Positions 40,801 to 51,600 of a stretch of DNA of 64,000 nt are shown piece after piece. Both the position numbers and the translations under genes were made by a program. Position 1 is the first letter of the stretch; the number at the start of each line of letters is the position of its first letter. The stretch is from Macrostomum lignano (Eukaryota): the NCBI GenBank assembly GCA_002269645.1, contig NIVC01001009.1, positions 1 through 64,000 on the forward strand, in the 5' to 3' direction. Below the pieces are notes generated by a model, which searched no databases, was not told the origin of the DNA, and worked only from the letters and a program-made list of their open reading frames with translations.

Positions 40801-41660
40801 TAGAAAATGAAATCTAAAAAAGACTAGATGATCGCTAGCTATTGTCTTATCCCGATAGGACCCTAAAGTTATTTTTTCTTTTATTTATTTTTTAATTAAT
40901 GATAGGAATACATTAGGTAGCTGGTGGAAACCTTAATTTAATTCTTTCTACGAGCGTTTGGTAAACTTATATCGCAGAAGTCCTTGTTCTTACCCATCAT
41001 CATGGAAAGGGAATAGCTTCCTTTGAAAACTCAGCAGAATTTAATAGAAGGATATGCCTATGGTTTCAAGGGCCAAAATGGCATGAATACGAGAGCTGTG
41101 CAGCAAATTTACAGGCTCACAGCCAATGAGATGGTAGCTACGTATGAGGAGGGAATAATAGCTACAACTCAAAAGCAAGCGATAGAAAAATATCTGGGAT
41201 AATATGCCCTTCATGCCTTGCATCACTCACGCACAATTTTGCGCAATGCTTCTTTGTCCACTTTTATGTAGCATTCTCTGTACTGTACTGTACGAGTGTT
41301 TATGCTGTTTTTTGTTACATTTAGTCACAATTATTCATTGATGTTTCAATTTATACTTTATACTTTGGACTTTGTAAGGTGATGGCATACCTATGAATTA
41401 TAATGAAAAGTTTCTGACTTGTTTTAAGATCATTTTTTCAAATTTCACAAACTCATGTAGACACTCATTTTTTGCATCACGCATATTGAAAACCAATAGT
41501 AATTAGGTCATTTGGTAATAAAGTGCTGTAAATCAGAGATAGCTCTGGAGATTTTTTTGAAATTGCACATATGTTGTGCTAAGGTCCAGATGAGTGTGTA
41601 AATTATTGTCATTTCAGGCTGACTTTATTTTCACCTTTAAAGGGCTTTAAGACATGTGTG
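37832..41660 (+). mobile_element. Full-length RAG1-like (Transib/Chapaev-related) cut-and-paste DNA transposon, 3,829 bp
   Basis: Gapless 125-bp TIRs (37832-37956 and 41536-41660), both starting CACACATGTC, with about 23 mismatches by hand count. Identical 5-bp flanks GGGTA (37827-37831 and 41661-41665). Internal DDE transposase. Confidence 0.92.
38420..40540 (+). pseudogene. RAG1-like DDE transposase (about 706 codons) interrupted by one in-frame TGA at 38921-38923
   Basis: Track ORFs 38399-38923 and 38945-40540 are in the same frame and read ...HYCTQTQ*RENLFSKLSLDRR.... N-terminal H-x7-C-x2-C...P-x3-C-x2-C...CKICETAR. Core GIDSGG (D at 39431), AVDMK..GL....THPCPWCE (D at 39674), GLHLLLG, FAGNAC..LL, HAVIDH, GLGFWSEQVVE (E at 40421). 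Confidence 0.85.
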
Positions 41661-42294
41661 GGGTAGAGATAAAAACGGGCTGTTTTTAATAACAACTTCT
41701 AAATTCACTAAATTCCAAACAAATTAAACTTTAAGACAAATATTAAGTAATTCATATTGAAACACAATTTTAATATTCTGCCTGTTAAAACTTAAATTCA
41801 CTTTTTATTTAGAATAATTGGGGCAAAACCAAGCGTTAATGTACTTACAAAGTCTAAATATAACATTTAACTTGCAGGAACGGAATGTATTGTTGTGCAT
41901 TCTGCAATTGAAAAGAAATTAAAAACTGATTTTTAAGCATAATGGACGGATTTTTCATACCTCAGTAATTGGAATAATGCAGAATTCCAAACCTACACAC
42001 ACGTGATATATTACTGTGATGTTGATAAATAAGCATCTATCAATCATAAACAGCCAAAAAAGTCAGGGCTGCTGTGCGAGCACGTGCAACTAATAACGTA
42101 TTTGTACTTGTATTATAACAAATAGCATTCACAGAGGGCTGTGAGGACCCCGAGCGACATCAAAACCAGCGCTGAGGCAGCTCTGTCCATTCCGCTGACT
42201 CCTGAGCACATATGCTCGTACAAACCAAGGACTGCTCAAGTAGATGGAAGGGAAACCTCGTTTCCTAGAAAATTTTAGAAGGCAGGTTTTCCCA

Positions 42295-42834
42295 AAAAAT
42301 ACACTACGGAGATAGGAAGTTTTCATTTTTTCAACACAAAAATTGTTATTGCTTTTGATAGGAGGCAGATCCAGTGCTTATCTCTTGATATGTTGTGCCT
42401 TTCTTATTGCTCTATCGATATTCAAAAAGCTTTTCGTTCAGAAAATTAGGATTCAATGTTAATTTTTTATTATACGTACATTTGCACGTGTCTTGTGCCT
42501 AAAAGCCTAAATTTAACATGAAAGATCAATTAATGTGTCGTTAGAGCAGCATGTGAGGCACAAAATAGTGTGATTAGAACTTTTTCAGACACTGTTAAGA
42601 GACCCAATCAGTTTTAGTGCTGAAAATCGTGAAATTTCCTACCTCCGTAGTGTATTTTTCCGGTGAAACCTGCCTTTAAAACTATTTCTGAACGAAAAGC
42701 TTTATGAATATCGATAGAGCAATAAGAAAGGCACAACATATCAAAAGATGAACACTGGATCTGCCTCCTATCAAAAGCAATAACAATTTTTGTGCTGAAA
42801 AAATGAAAACTTCCTATCTCCGTAGTGTATTTTT
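42295..42834. mobile_element. Second fold-back/MITE-like element with about 150-bp inverted arms
   Basis: 42295-42444 is the reverse complement of 42685-42834 (AAAAATACACTACGGAGATAGGAAGTTTTCATTTTTTCA...). An extra copy of CTCCGTAGTGTATTTTTC lies at about 42637-42660. Confidence 0.65.
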
Positions 42835-43014
42835 CGGCGAAAAGTTACCTTCAAAACATTTACCATAGATTTCGAGTGTTGCGTCCTTCTACTTAAGTTG
42901 TCCTTGGGACTACTTGGAGGAGAGGCCCATCTAGAGTTCATAAGACCTGGGTAAAAAGTACATGTTGCAAAAGTACGCCCATAAAGCATTAAAAACGCAT
43001 GAAATGGTGTCAGA

Positions 43015-43596
43015 TTACGCCCGTCCACTGCTGGCAATCTCGGTCATCTGACTGCACCGTTCAGCGTACAACTCTGCGTACTTCTTTGCCAGCTCAATGA
43101 ATGGAGCGTCGACTCCGTGCGCCTCCTTGGCGGAGGCCTCAAAATACAGCAGGCCATTGTTCTGGGCCATCTCCTGGCCTTGGCTGGCTGTAACAATTCG
43201 ACGATTGTCCAAATCTGATTTATTGGCCACCAGAGCGGTCGGCACGGCGCCTGAGCGGCCGAGCTTGGGCAGCTTGGCGAGCCACTGGGCGCACCTGCTG
43301 AACGAAGCCTCGCTAGTGACATCGTAGACCAGAATGCACAGGTCAGGCTTTTGCACATACTTTTCAACTACATCGCTGTAGGCGTCTTTACCGGCGCAGT
43401 CGTACAGGTACATTTCTACCTGGTCGCCTTGAGTCTGCGGCAGCATGCAGGATTTCACCACCAGCTCAACTCCCGTGGTCATGGAATAATTCTTTGGAAA
43501 ATGCTGGCCATCGCTGTGGAACATTTGCACCAGGGAGCTCTTGCCGGCAGTTGAGTCTCCGACTACGATCACTTTGGCTCGAAGGATCAGGGGCAT
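43015..43596 (-). CDS. IFT27: Intraflagellar transport protein 27 (RABL4), single exon, 193 aa
   Basis: LRAKVIVVGDSTAGKSSLVQMFHSDGQHFPKNYSMTTGVELVVK, DCAGK, NKSDL and EASAKE match IFT27 ([23 protein letters not shown], DSAGK). Confidence 0.95.
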   Translation of the reverse strand: MPLILRAKVIVVGDSTAGKSSLVQMFHSDGQHFPKNYSMTTGVELVVKSCMLPQTQGDQVEMYLYDCAGKDAYSDVVEKYVQKPDLCILVYDVTSEASFSRCAQWLAKLPKLGRSGAVPTALVANKSDLDNRRIVTASQGQEMAQNNGLLYFEASAKEAHGVDAPFIELAKKYAELYAERCSQMTEIASSGRA

Positions 43597-44363
43597 TGTG
43601 CCGGCTGGCAAACCAGTGCAAATCACGACGGGCTTGGGTGGATTGGAATGTGGGCTTGCTGTGAGCTGTGTTGGGGTTTGGCCTTTTTACCCGGGGCAGA
43701 GCGGAGAGGCGTGTAGGGTAAGAGGTTTTTGTACACTCGTTGCTATTGACTACGCCTCTTTCTGCGCGTGTAAAGGAGAGACCGAGTTGAGAGGTGCGTG
43801 GAAGTCAGCCCCGAAAAGAGGTGTACGTTGCTGGAGTGTACATTTTTTCTCCTTCCTATCCCCAGCCTCTCCGTTTATCTGTTTTGTACATTGACTCAAA
43901 ATTATTGTAGATCGGCTGTCTAAGTTTCGCACAACACTTTAGCATTGAAACCAATACTCTATTATGAGTTTAATAGAGAGAATAAATGAATAAGCTGTTA
44001 AGGCTTGAAGAGCTGGCTCAATTTACTATTGAAATGCGGCCCTCATATTCCGCTGCTCTGTTCAAGTTACACCAGTGCAAACAATGGTAGGCTAGAGAAA
44101 GGTCTGAAAGCGTACTTAAAATGCCTTTATTCAGCTGAAATAGAAATTCCCAGTAAGCGCCAGAGCAGCTCTGCATCTCAGTTCCTTCTCGGCTCATCAT
44201 CAGATTGTTATAAACTCCAAGAATTCAAGACACCCTCTGAGAAATGGCTGCAACCTGGTCCGTAACTGACTACCAGTACAACGTGACAACCAGACCCTAC
44301 ATTGAGTCCTGCGAATTGAGTCCTTAACATTTCATTTTGTGCGCTGTTTTTTCTTTTGCACAG

Positions 44364-45842
44364 TTGCAATCCACTTCCGAATTTGCAGCATTTGGCCGAG
44401 AAATGACAAACGGGACGCGGTTCACACGGCGTCTCCATTTTCTGTGAGCTGTGCAGAGTTCTTTCTGAGGGCGATTCTCTAAGGGGTATGGAGGGCGATT
44501 CTCTAAGGGGGTTGAAGGGCGATTCTCTAAGGGGGTTGGAGGGCGATTCTCTAAGGGGGTTGAAGGGCGATTCTCTAAGGGGGTTGAAGGGCGATTCTCT
44601 AAGGGGGTTGAAGGGCGATTCTCTAAGGGGGTTGAAGGGCGATTCTCTAAGGGGGTTGGAGGGCGATTCTCTAAGGGGGTTGAAGGGCGATTCTCTAAGG
44701 GGGTTGGAGGGCGATTCTCTAAGGGGGTTGAAGGGCGATTCTCTAAGGGGGTTGGAGGGCGATTCTCTAAGGGGGTTGAAGGGCGATTCTCTAAGGGGGT
44801 TGGAGGGCGATTCTCTAAGGGGGTTGGAGGGCGAGTTCCTAAGGGGTTGGAAAACGATTCTCTCAGAGTGATCTAAAGCGATTAAATACTTAGTCCCTAA
44901 AATTTAAACGCATCTTCAGTCCAATCGAAATCCCCGGGATTTCTACGTGATCCACCCCGACTGGACCTCGGAAGCGCTGAGCGCCGCTCCCCTCGCGCCG
45001 CCGAATACCGCTAAGGAGGACGGGCGCCGACGCCCTTGGCTGTGGGAGCACCCGAGAGCCAGGGAGCTGTTCTATCCGGATAAGCGAACCCAGCTGCGCA
45101 ACAGAGTGCTGCGAGATATGCAGACGGAGGACAGGGTCAGGCGGCTGCACACCGACCCGCACTATCAGGTATTTGCGCTGACTAGGGCGCTGTGTGACCG
45201 GTTGAGTTGTCTAACAATTAAACTTCATCTAATGTGTATACTAGTCTAGTCTAACAGGTAGGTTAGTTTATCAGGTGGGCTTGTCTTAAATCTAGGCTAA
45301 TAAATCTAACAGATTAGACTTACTTATCTAACAAATATGCTTATCTAATAGGCAAGACAGTCCGCCGCGTGTAGGTATGCTAATCTATTTAACAGGTATG
45401 AGTACATAGGATTTAACTATCTAACAGATAAGCGCCTAATCTAACATATATGCTTATCTAACAGGCAAGGCAGTCCGCCGCGTGCATGCATAGGCATGTT
45501 AGCTTTAATTATCTAGGAGATAAGCGCCTTACGTAACAAGCCATTGATCCATTCGGGTCTTAGGTCAAGCACAATTCGCCCTGGTATGTGAACAACCCAG
45601 CCGAGGTCCGGGACTCGAATCCGCTGGAGAAGCGTCGGCCGCTACCGGATCTGTATCATCAGCGGCCGTGGAACAATGCCAGGCAGGTGCTGGCGCGGGA
45701 GCTGGCGAACCCGGTGCCGCCGGAGGCGCGGCTGCTGGCCGCGAATTCTTCGGAGATGAACGGCCGGACGATGACGGAGAGCGAGGTGGCGAGGTTCAGG
45801 TGCAACAGCCGGCAGTACATGACGCCCTGCGATTGGAACTGA
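44364..45842 (+). CDS. Uncharacterised multi-exon protein, 5' end unresolved
   Basis: Phase-consistent GC-rich exons 44364-44443, 44920-45168 and 45564-45842 with canonical sites (..[37 protein letters not shown]). A possible upstream exon ends near 44256. No family recognised. Confidence 0.6.
44466..44860. repeat. 24-bp G-rich minisatellite (AGGGCGATTCTCTAAGGGGGTTGA)
   Basis: About 16 copies inside intron 44444-44919. Confidence 0.95.
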
Positions 45843-45919
45843 TGGTGGCACTGGCCGCTTCTACTGATAATTGCCATTGGCTTCCGAGGGTGAATAGGTC
45901 GGTTCCAGAGTGTAGAGTA

Positions 45920-46975
45920 CGCTTTTGTGGCGCCGATTGGGCTCTGTGGCGCCAAACTAGGTTCTCTGTTGTCAAACCGGCATTGATTGGCTTCTGTGGC
46001 GCCAGATTGGGTTTGATACTAGCTGTGAAGTTTGCTTCTGTGGCGCCAGATTGGGTTCGATACTAGCTGTGAAGTTTGCTTCTGTGGCGCCAGATTGGGT
46101 TCGATACTGTCAAACTGGCTTCCGTGGCGCCAGATTGGGTTCGATACTGTCAAACTGGCTTCTGTGGCGCCAGATTGGGTTCGATACTGTCAAACTGGCT
46201 TCCGTGGCGCCAGATTGGGTTCGATACTGTCAAACTGGCTTCTGTGGCGCCAGATTGGGTTCGATACTGTCAAACTGGCTTCTGTGGCGCCAGATTGGGT
46301 TCGATACTGTCAAACTGGCTTCTGTGGCGCCAGATTGGGTTCGATACTGTCAAACTGGCTTCTGTGGCGCCAGATTGGGTTCGATACTGTCAAACTGGCT
46401 TCTGTGGCGCCAGATTGGGTTCGATACTGTCAAACTGGCTTCTGTGGCGCCAGTTTGGGTTCCGTGGCTCCAGATTGGGTTCTGTGGCGCCAGATTGGGT
46501 TTTGTGGCGCCAGATTGGGTTTTGTGGCTCCAGATTGGGTTCTGTGACCTCAGATTGGGTTCCGTGGCGCCATATTGGGTTCGATACTAGCTGTGAAGTT
46601 TGCTTCTGTGGCGCCAGATTGGGTTTGATACTGTCAAACTGGCTTCTGTGGCGCCAGTTTGGGTTCCATGGCTCCAGATTGGGTTCTGTGGCGCCAGATT
46701 GGGTTTTGTGGCGCCAGTTTGGGTTTCGTGGCTCCAGATTGGGTTCCATGGCTCCAGATTGGGTTCTGTGGCGCCAGATTGGGTTTTGTGGCGCCAGATT
46801 GGGTTTCGTGGCTCCAGATTGGGTTCTGTGACCTCAGATTGGGTTCCGTGGCGCCATGTTGGGTTGTGACCTCAGATTGGGTTCTGTGGCGTCAGGTTAG
46901 GTTCCGTGACGCCAGATTGGGTTCCGTGGCGCCAGTTTGGTTTTTTTGGCGCCGGGTTGGGTCCTGTGGCGCCAA
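45920..46975. repeat. Mixed 40-bp/20-bp minisatellite with CTGTGGCGCCAGATTGGGTT core
   Basis: Begins about 80 bp after the stop at 45842; source of the overlapping ORFs at 46032-47054. Confidence 0.93.
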
Positions 46976-48259
46976 ATTGAATTTGGTAGCGCCACCAGTT
47001 CTAGTTGTATGTTTAATTACATTTATGATACCGGAACTGCATATTGGATTCTGAATTTCTGCTAAATAGAAGGATCAAAACTGAAAAATATTTATAAAAT
47101 TTTACGTATACACTACTTACTAAGTAGCTTATTAGACTCCCCTTCTGTAAAATAGCCGAGCTTCTGCTGAAAAAAATTTCTTCTTAATACGGTTAGCCCT
47201 GTTCTGACTATTTTTTGCTTTCAAAATCTTGCTTTCAAAATCTTGCTTTTTCAAGCAATTGTTATATATACATTTGATACCTTTGTTGTTGGGAACCTAT
47301 TTGTCAATAAAAAATGAATAAAGTCGTTAAAAACAAAAGCTTACAATCGATGTTTCTTTTTATAAAAAATCTTGATTATAGATACGCATATTTAATAATG
47401 ATATTTAGACAAAATAAGAAGAGATTCATTCAGAATGCATTCTGTATTTAAAGCTTTATTTACTCAGACAGAGAGTAAAATTACAGAACACTATTTTTAT
47501 TGTAGTTGAGTCTTACTAACTAACTAATACTGGGAATTAAACCTAGAAATTAGAAATATTGATAAATATGACTTTTTAAATTATTAATGAATACACATAT
47601 CATAATTCTAAACACACTGAATTTATCTATTCAGCTTCAATTAGAGCATAAAGCATGTGCAAACAAACCGATTGAATCCGCAAGAAAGACTTGCCGAAAG
47701 TGTATATAAATATAATAATAATCTGTTTGTAATATACACAAATCAGTAAAAATATGAAATCACACATTTTGCAAAGCTGAAAAATTTAAGCAGGCCTGAC
47801 TGATAAACAGTTCAATATCAGGTGATTGATAGACAGCTGCGAAAAAGAACTGAAAAAATATGAATATAATAAATATTGCTAGATTGCAAAGCGTGCGCGA
47901 ATTAAAATATAGTCAAGTGCATCTTCAACTTGAACGAGTGAGCCAAGATTCTATGCAGGCATATAAATGTAAGCTATATGAATTGTAAAATTATGAAGAT
48001 TACTAATTATGCCAATCATTGATAATGCAAATGGATTGCTTGCGTAACAAAAATTATTGCATTTAGCTCTAAGAGACAAAGTGAATAGACGTTTATTGTC
48101 AAAATATTTAAATCAAAGACAAAAAATATCTGTCAGCAGTAAAGCCTTCCATTGCTATAAGCAAGTCTTAGGTGAATTTTTATTTGCTAAAAATGTAAAA
48201 AGCCATCAAAATAACGAAACTATACATCTTACAAAACAAATCCCCCATGAATACCTATA

Positions 48260-48540
48260 GACAACCCCATTCTATAGAACCCACAGAACTACTCCACTCT
48301 ATAAACCCTATGGACAACTACCCCACTCTACAAACCCATAGACAACTACCCCACTTTACAAACCCATAGACAACTACCCCACTCTACAACCCATAGACAA
48401 CTACCCCACTTTACAACCCATAGACAACTACCCCACTCTACAAACCCATAGACAACTACCCCACTCTACAAACCCATAGACAACTACCCCACTCTACAAA
48501 CCCATAGACAATTACCTCACTCTACAAACCCACAGGCAAC
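48260..48540. repeat. 28-29-bp minisatellite (ACAAACCCATAGACAACTACCCCACTCT)
   Basis: About 9 copies just past the stop of the BCAR3-like gene. Confidence 0.9.
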
Positions 48541-48604
48541 GACTCCACTCCGAAAGCAATAGTAAAATCACAAAAACTAAGCATTAAGGCGTTGCCAAAG
48601 AAAA

Positions 48605-51600
48605 TCACGGTGTGAATCCGGCCCTGGCCGCCATGGAAGTCATTGAAGCTTCGAGAGACTGACAGAGCTCTGAGAATCTTTCCACGGTTGGAACTTCAGA
48701 CATCGCTGGATCCATTAAAACTTTGAGCAGCGTCTCGGAAGAGAAAATCTCCTTCACCATAGGAATAAGCGACTGCATTTTCATGAGAGTGCGACAGTGC
48801 TCCATAACAGAGTGAAGCGAGTTCCCATCGAAGCTGTACCGCTGCAGCATAAGTTCTAGATTTACTAATTCGTCCATTGTTGTGTCTTCAATTTGTTTGT
48901 CGTGACCTTCAAAGCTGAACGTGTACAGATGAGCCGGAAACTTCACCAGCGGTATGAGATCGTAGATGACGCGCTTATCAGCTGGGTCTACAACGCATCT
49001 GAATCGGCGAAATTCCCGCGTCTGCTTTTGGAAGACACCAAATAGAGTTTTGTCGCGCGATTCCAATAGCCGCCAAGAGTGAGTCAGCGAGAGTACCTGC
49101 ATTCAAGATAAGGGAAGCTATTGAGTGAGTCAGCGAGAGTACCTGCATTCAAGATAAGGGAAGCTATTGAGTGAGTCAGTGAGAGTACCTGCATTCAAGA
49201 TAAGGGAAGCTATTGAGTGAGTCAGCGAGAGTACCTGCATTCAAGATAAGGGAAGCTATTGAGTGAGTCAGTGAGAGTACCTGCATTCAAGATAAGGGAA
49301 GCTATTGAGTGAGTCAGTGAGAGTACCTGCATTCAAGATAAGGGAAGCTATTGAGTGAGTCAGCGAGAGTACCTGCATTCAAGATAAGGGAAGCTATTGA
49401 GTGATTCAGTGAGAGTACCTGCATTCAAGATCAGGGAAGCTATTGAGTGAGTCAGCGAGAGTACCTGCATTCAAGATCAGGGAAGCTATTGAGTGAGTCA
49501 GTGAGAGTACCTGCATTCAAGATAAGGGAAGCTATTGAGTGAGTCAGTGAGAGTACCTGCATTCAAGATAAGGGAAGCTATTGAGTGAGTCAGTGAGAGT
49601 ACCTGCATTCAAGATAAGGGAAGCTATTGAGTGAGTCAGTGAGATTACCTGTATTAAAGATCAGGGAAGCTATTGAGTGAGTCAGCGAGAGTACCTGCAT
49701 TCAAGATAAGGGAAGCTATTGAGTGAGTCAGTGAGAGTACCTGCATTCAAGATAAGGGAAGCTATTGAGTGAGTCAGTGAGAGTACCTGTATTAAAGATC
49801 AGGGAAGCTATTGAGTGAGTCAGTGAGAGTACCTGTATTAAAGATCAGGGAAGCTATTGAGTGAGTCAGTGAGAGTACCTGTATTAAAGATCAGGGAAGC
49901 TATTGAGTGAGTCAGTGAGAGTACCTGTATTAAAGATCAGGGAAGCTATTGAGTGAGTCAGCGAGAGTACCTGTATTAAAGATCAGGGAAGCTATTGAGT
50001 GAGTCAGCGAGAGTACCTGTATTAAAGATCAGGGAAGCTATTGAGTGAGTCAGTGAGAGTACCTGTATTAAAGATCAGGGAAGCTATTGAGTGAGTCAGT
50101 GAGAGTACCTGTATTAAAGATCAGGGAAGCTATTGAGTGAGTCAGTGAGAGTACCTGTATTAAAGATCAGGGAAGCTATTGAGTGAGTCAGTGAGAGTAC
50201 TTGTATTAAAGATCAGGGAAGCTATTGAGTGAGTCAGTGAGAGTACCTGTATTAAAGATCAGGGAAGCTATTGAGTGAGTCAGTGAGAGTACTTGTATTA
50301 AAGATCAGGGAAGCTATTGAGTGAGTCAGCGAGAATACCTGTATTAAAGATCAGGGAAGCTATTGAGTGAGTCAGTGAGAGTACCTGTATTAAAGATCAG
50401 GGAAGCTATTGAGTGAGTCAGTGAGAGTACCTGTATTAAAGATCAGGGAAGCTATTGAGTGAGTCAGTGAGAGTACCTGTATTAAAGATCAGGGAAGCTA
50501 TTGAGTGAGTCAGTGAGAGTACCTGTATTAAAGATCAGGGAAGCTATTGAGTGAGTCAGTGAGAGTACCTGTATTAAAGATCAGGAGCTGCCCCCCTATA
50601 GTGGGGGGGGGGGGTAATGTTTCCTGAAAAGACTGTCAACGCGGCTAAATTGACTCTTTGCCCCAGCCATCCTAGTAACAATCGTTCCACAGTCCCTGGG
50701 TTTGATTCCGCGCACGAACATTAATTTGGTCAATGGGGCTTGTTGCGCGGCTTAATCCACGAAGTCCAACCTCCCAAGGCGCAGAGTATGTACATGTCTA
50801 ACGGTGAGAAAGTCATGGCCGCTGTATATCCTGTCATGTCAAAATGAGAGAAAATTACCTGACTAGACGTCAAAGCCATCAGGACTGATCGATAAGCGAA
50901 CAGGTCTTTGAATTCGTTGCGCAACAGGAACAGTACTTCGATCCAGACTGAGAGCAGTTTAACTCGCTCTCGAGTGGTGCGCCGGGACAGTACAGTGAGG
51001 GACACGAGGCAGCGCAGCAGGTTGTGCCTGGAGAATTTGGCCAGGCTTGGTTTGATAAAACTCATCGATAAAATATACCTCACTCCGCATCAAGACACCC
51101 ACCTCACTCCGCATTCAGACACCCGACTCACTCCGCATTCAGACACCCACCTCACTCCGCATTCAGACACCCACCTCACTCCGCATTCAGACACCCACCT
51201 CACTCCGCATTCAGACACCCACCTCACTCCGCATTCAGACACCCACCTCACTCCGCATTCAGACACCCGACTCACTCCGCATTCAGACACCCACCTCACT
51301 CCGCATTCAGACACCCAACTCACTAAGCATTCAGACACCCACCTCACTCCGCATTCAGACACCCACCTCACTCCGCATTCAGACACCCACCTCACTCCGA
51401 ATTCAGACACCCACCTCACTCCGCATTCAGACACCCACCTCACTCCGCATTCAGACACCCGACTCACTCCGCATTCAGACACCCACCTCACTCCGCATTC
51501 AGACACCCACCTCACTCCGCATTCAGACACCCGACTCACTCCGCATTCAGACACCCGACTCACTCCGCATTCAGACACCCACCTCACTCCGCATTCAGAC

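Noticed and set aside
41041-41226. Second, antisense gene inside the transposon
   Set aside because: Only 61 aa, no motif, AT-rich context.
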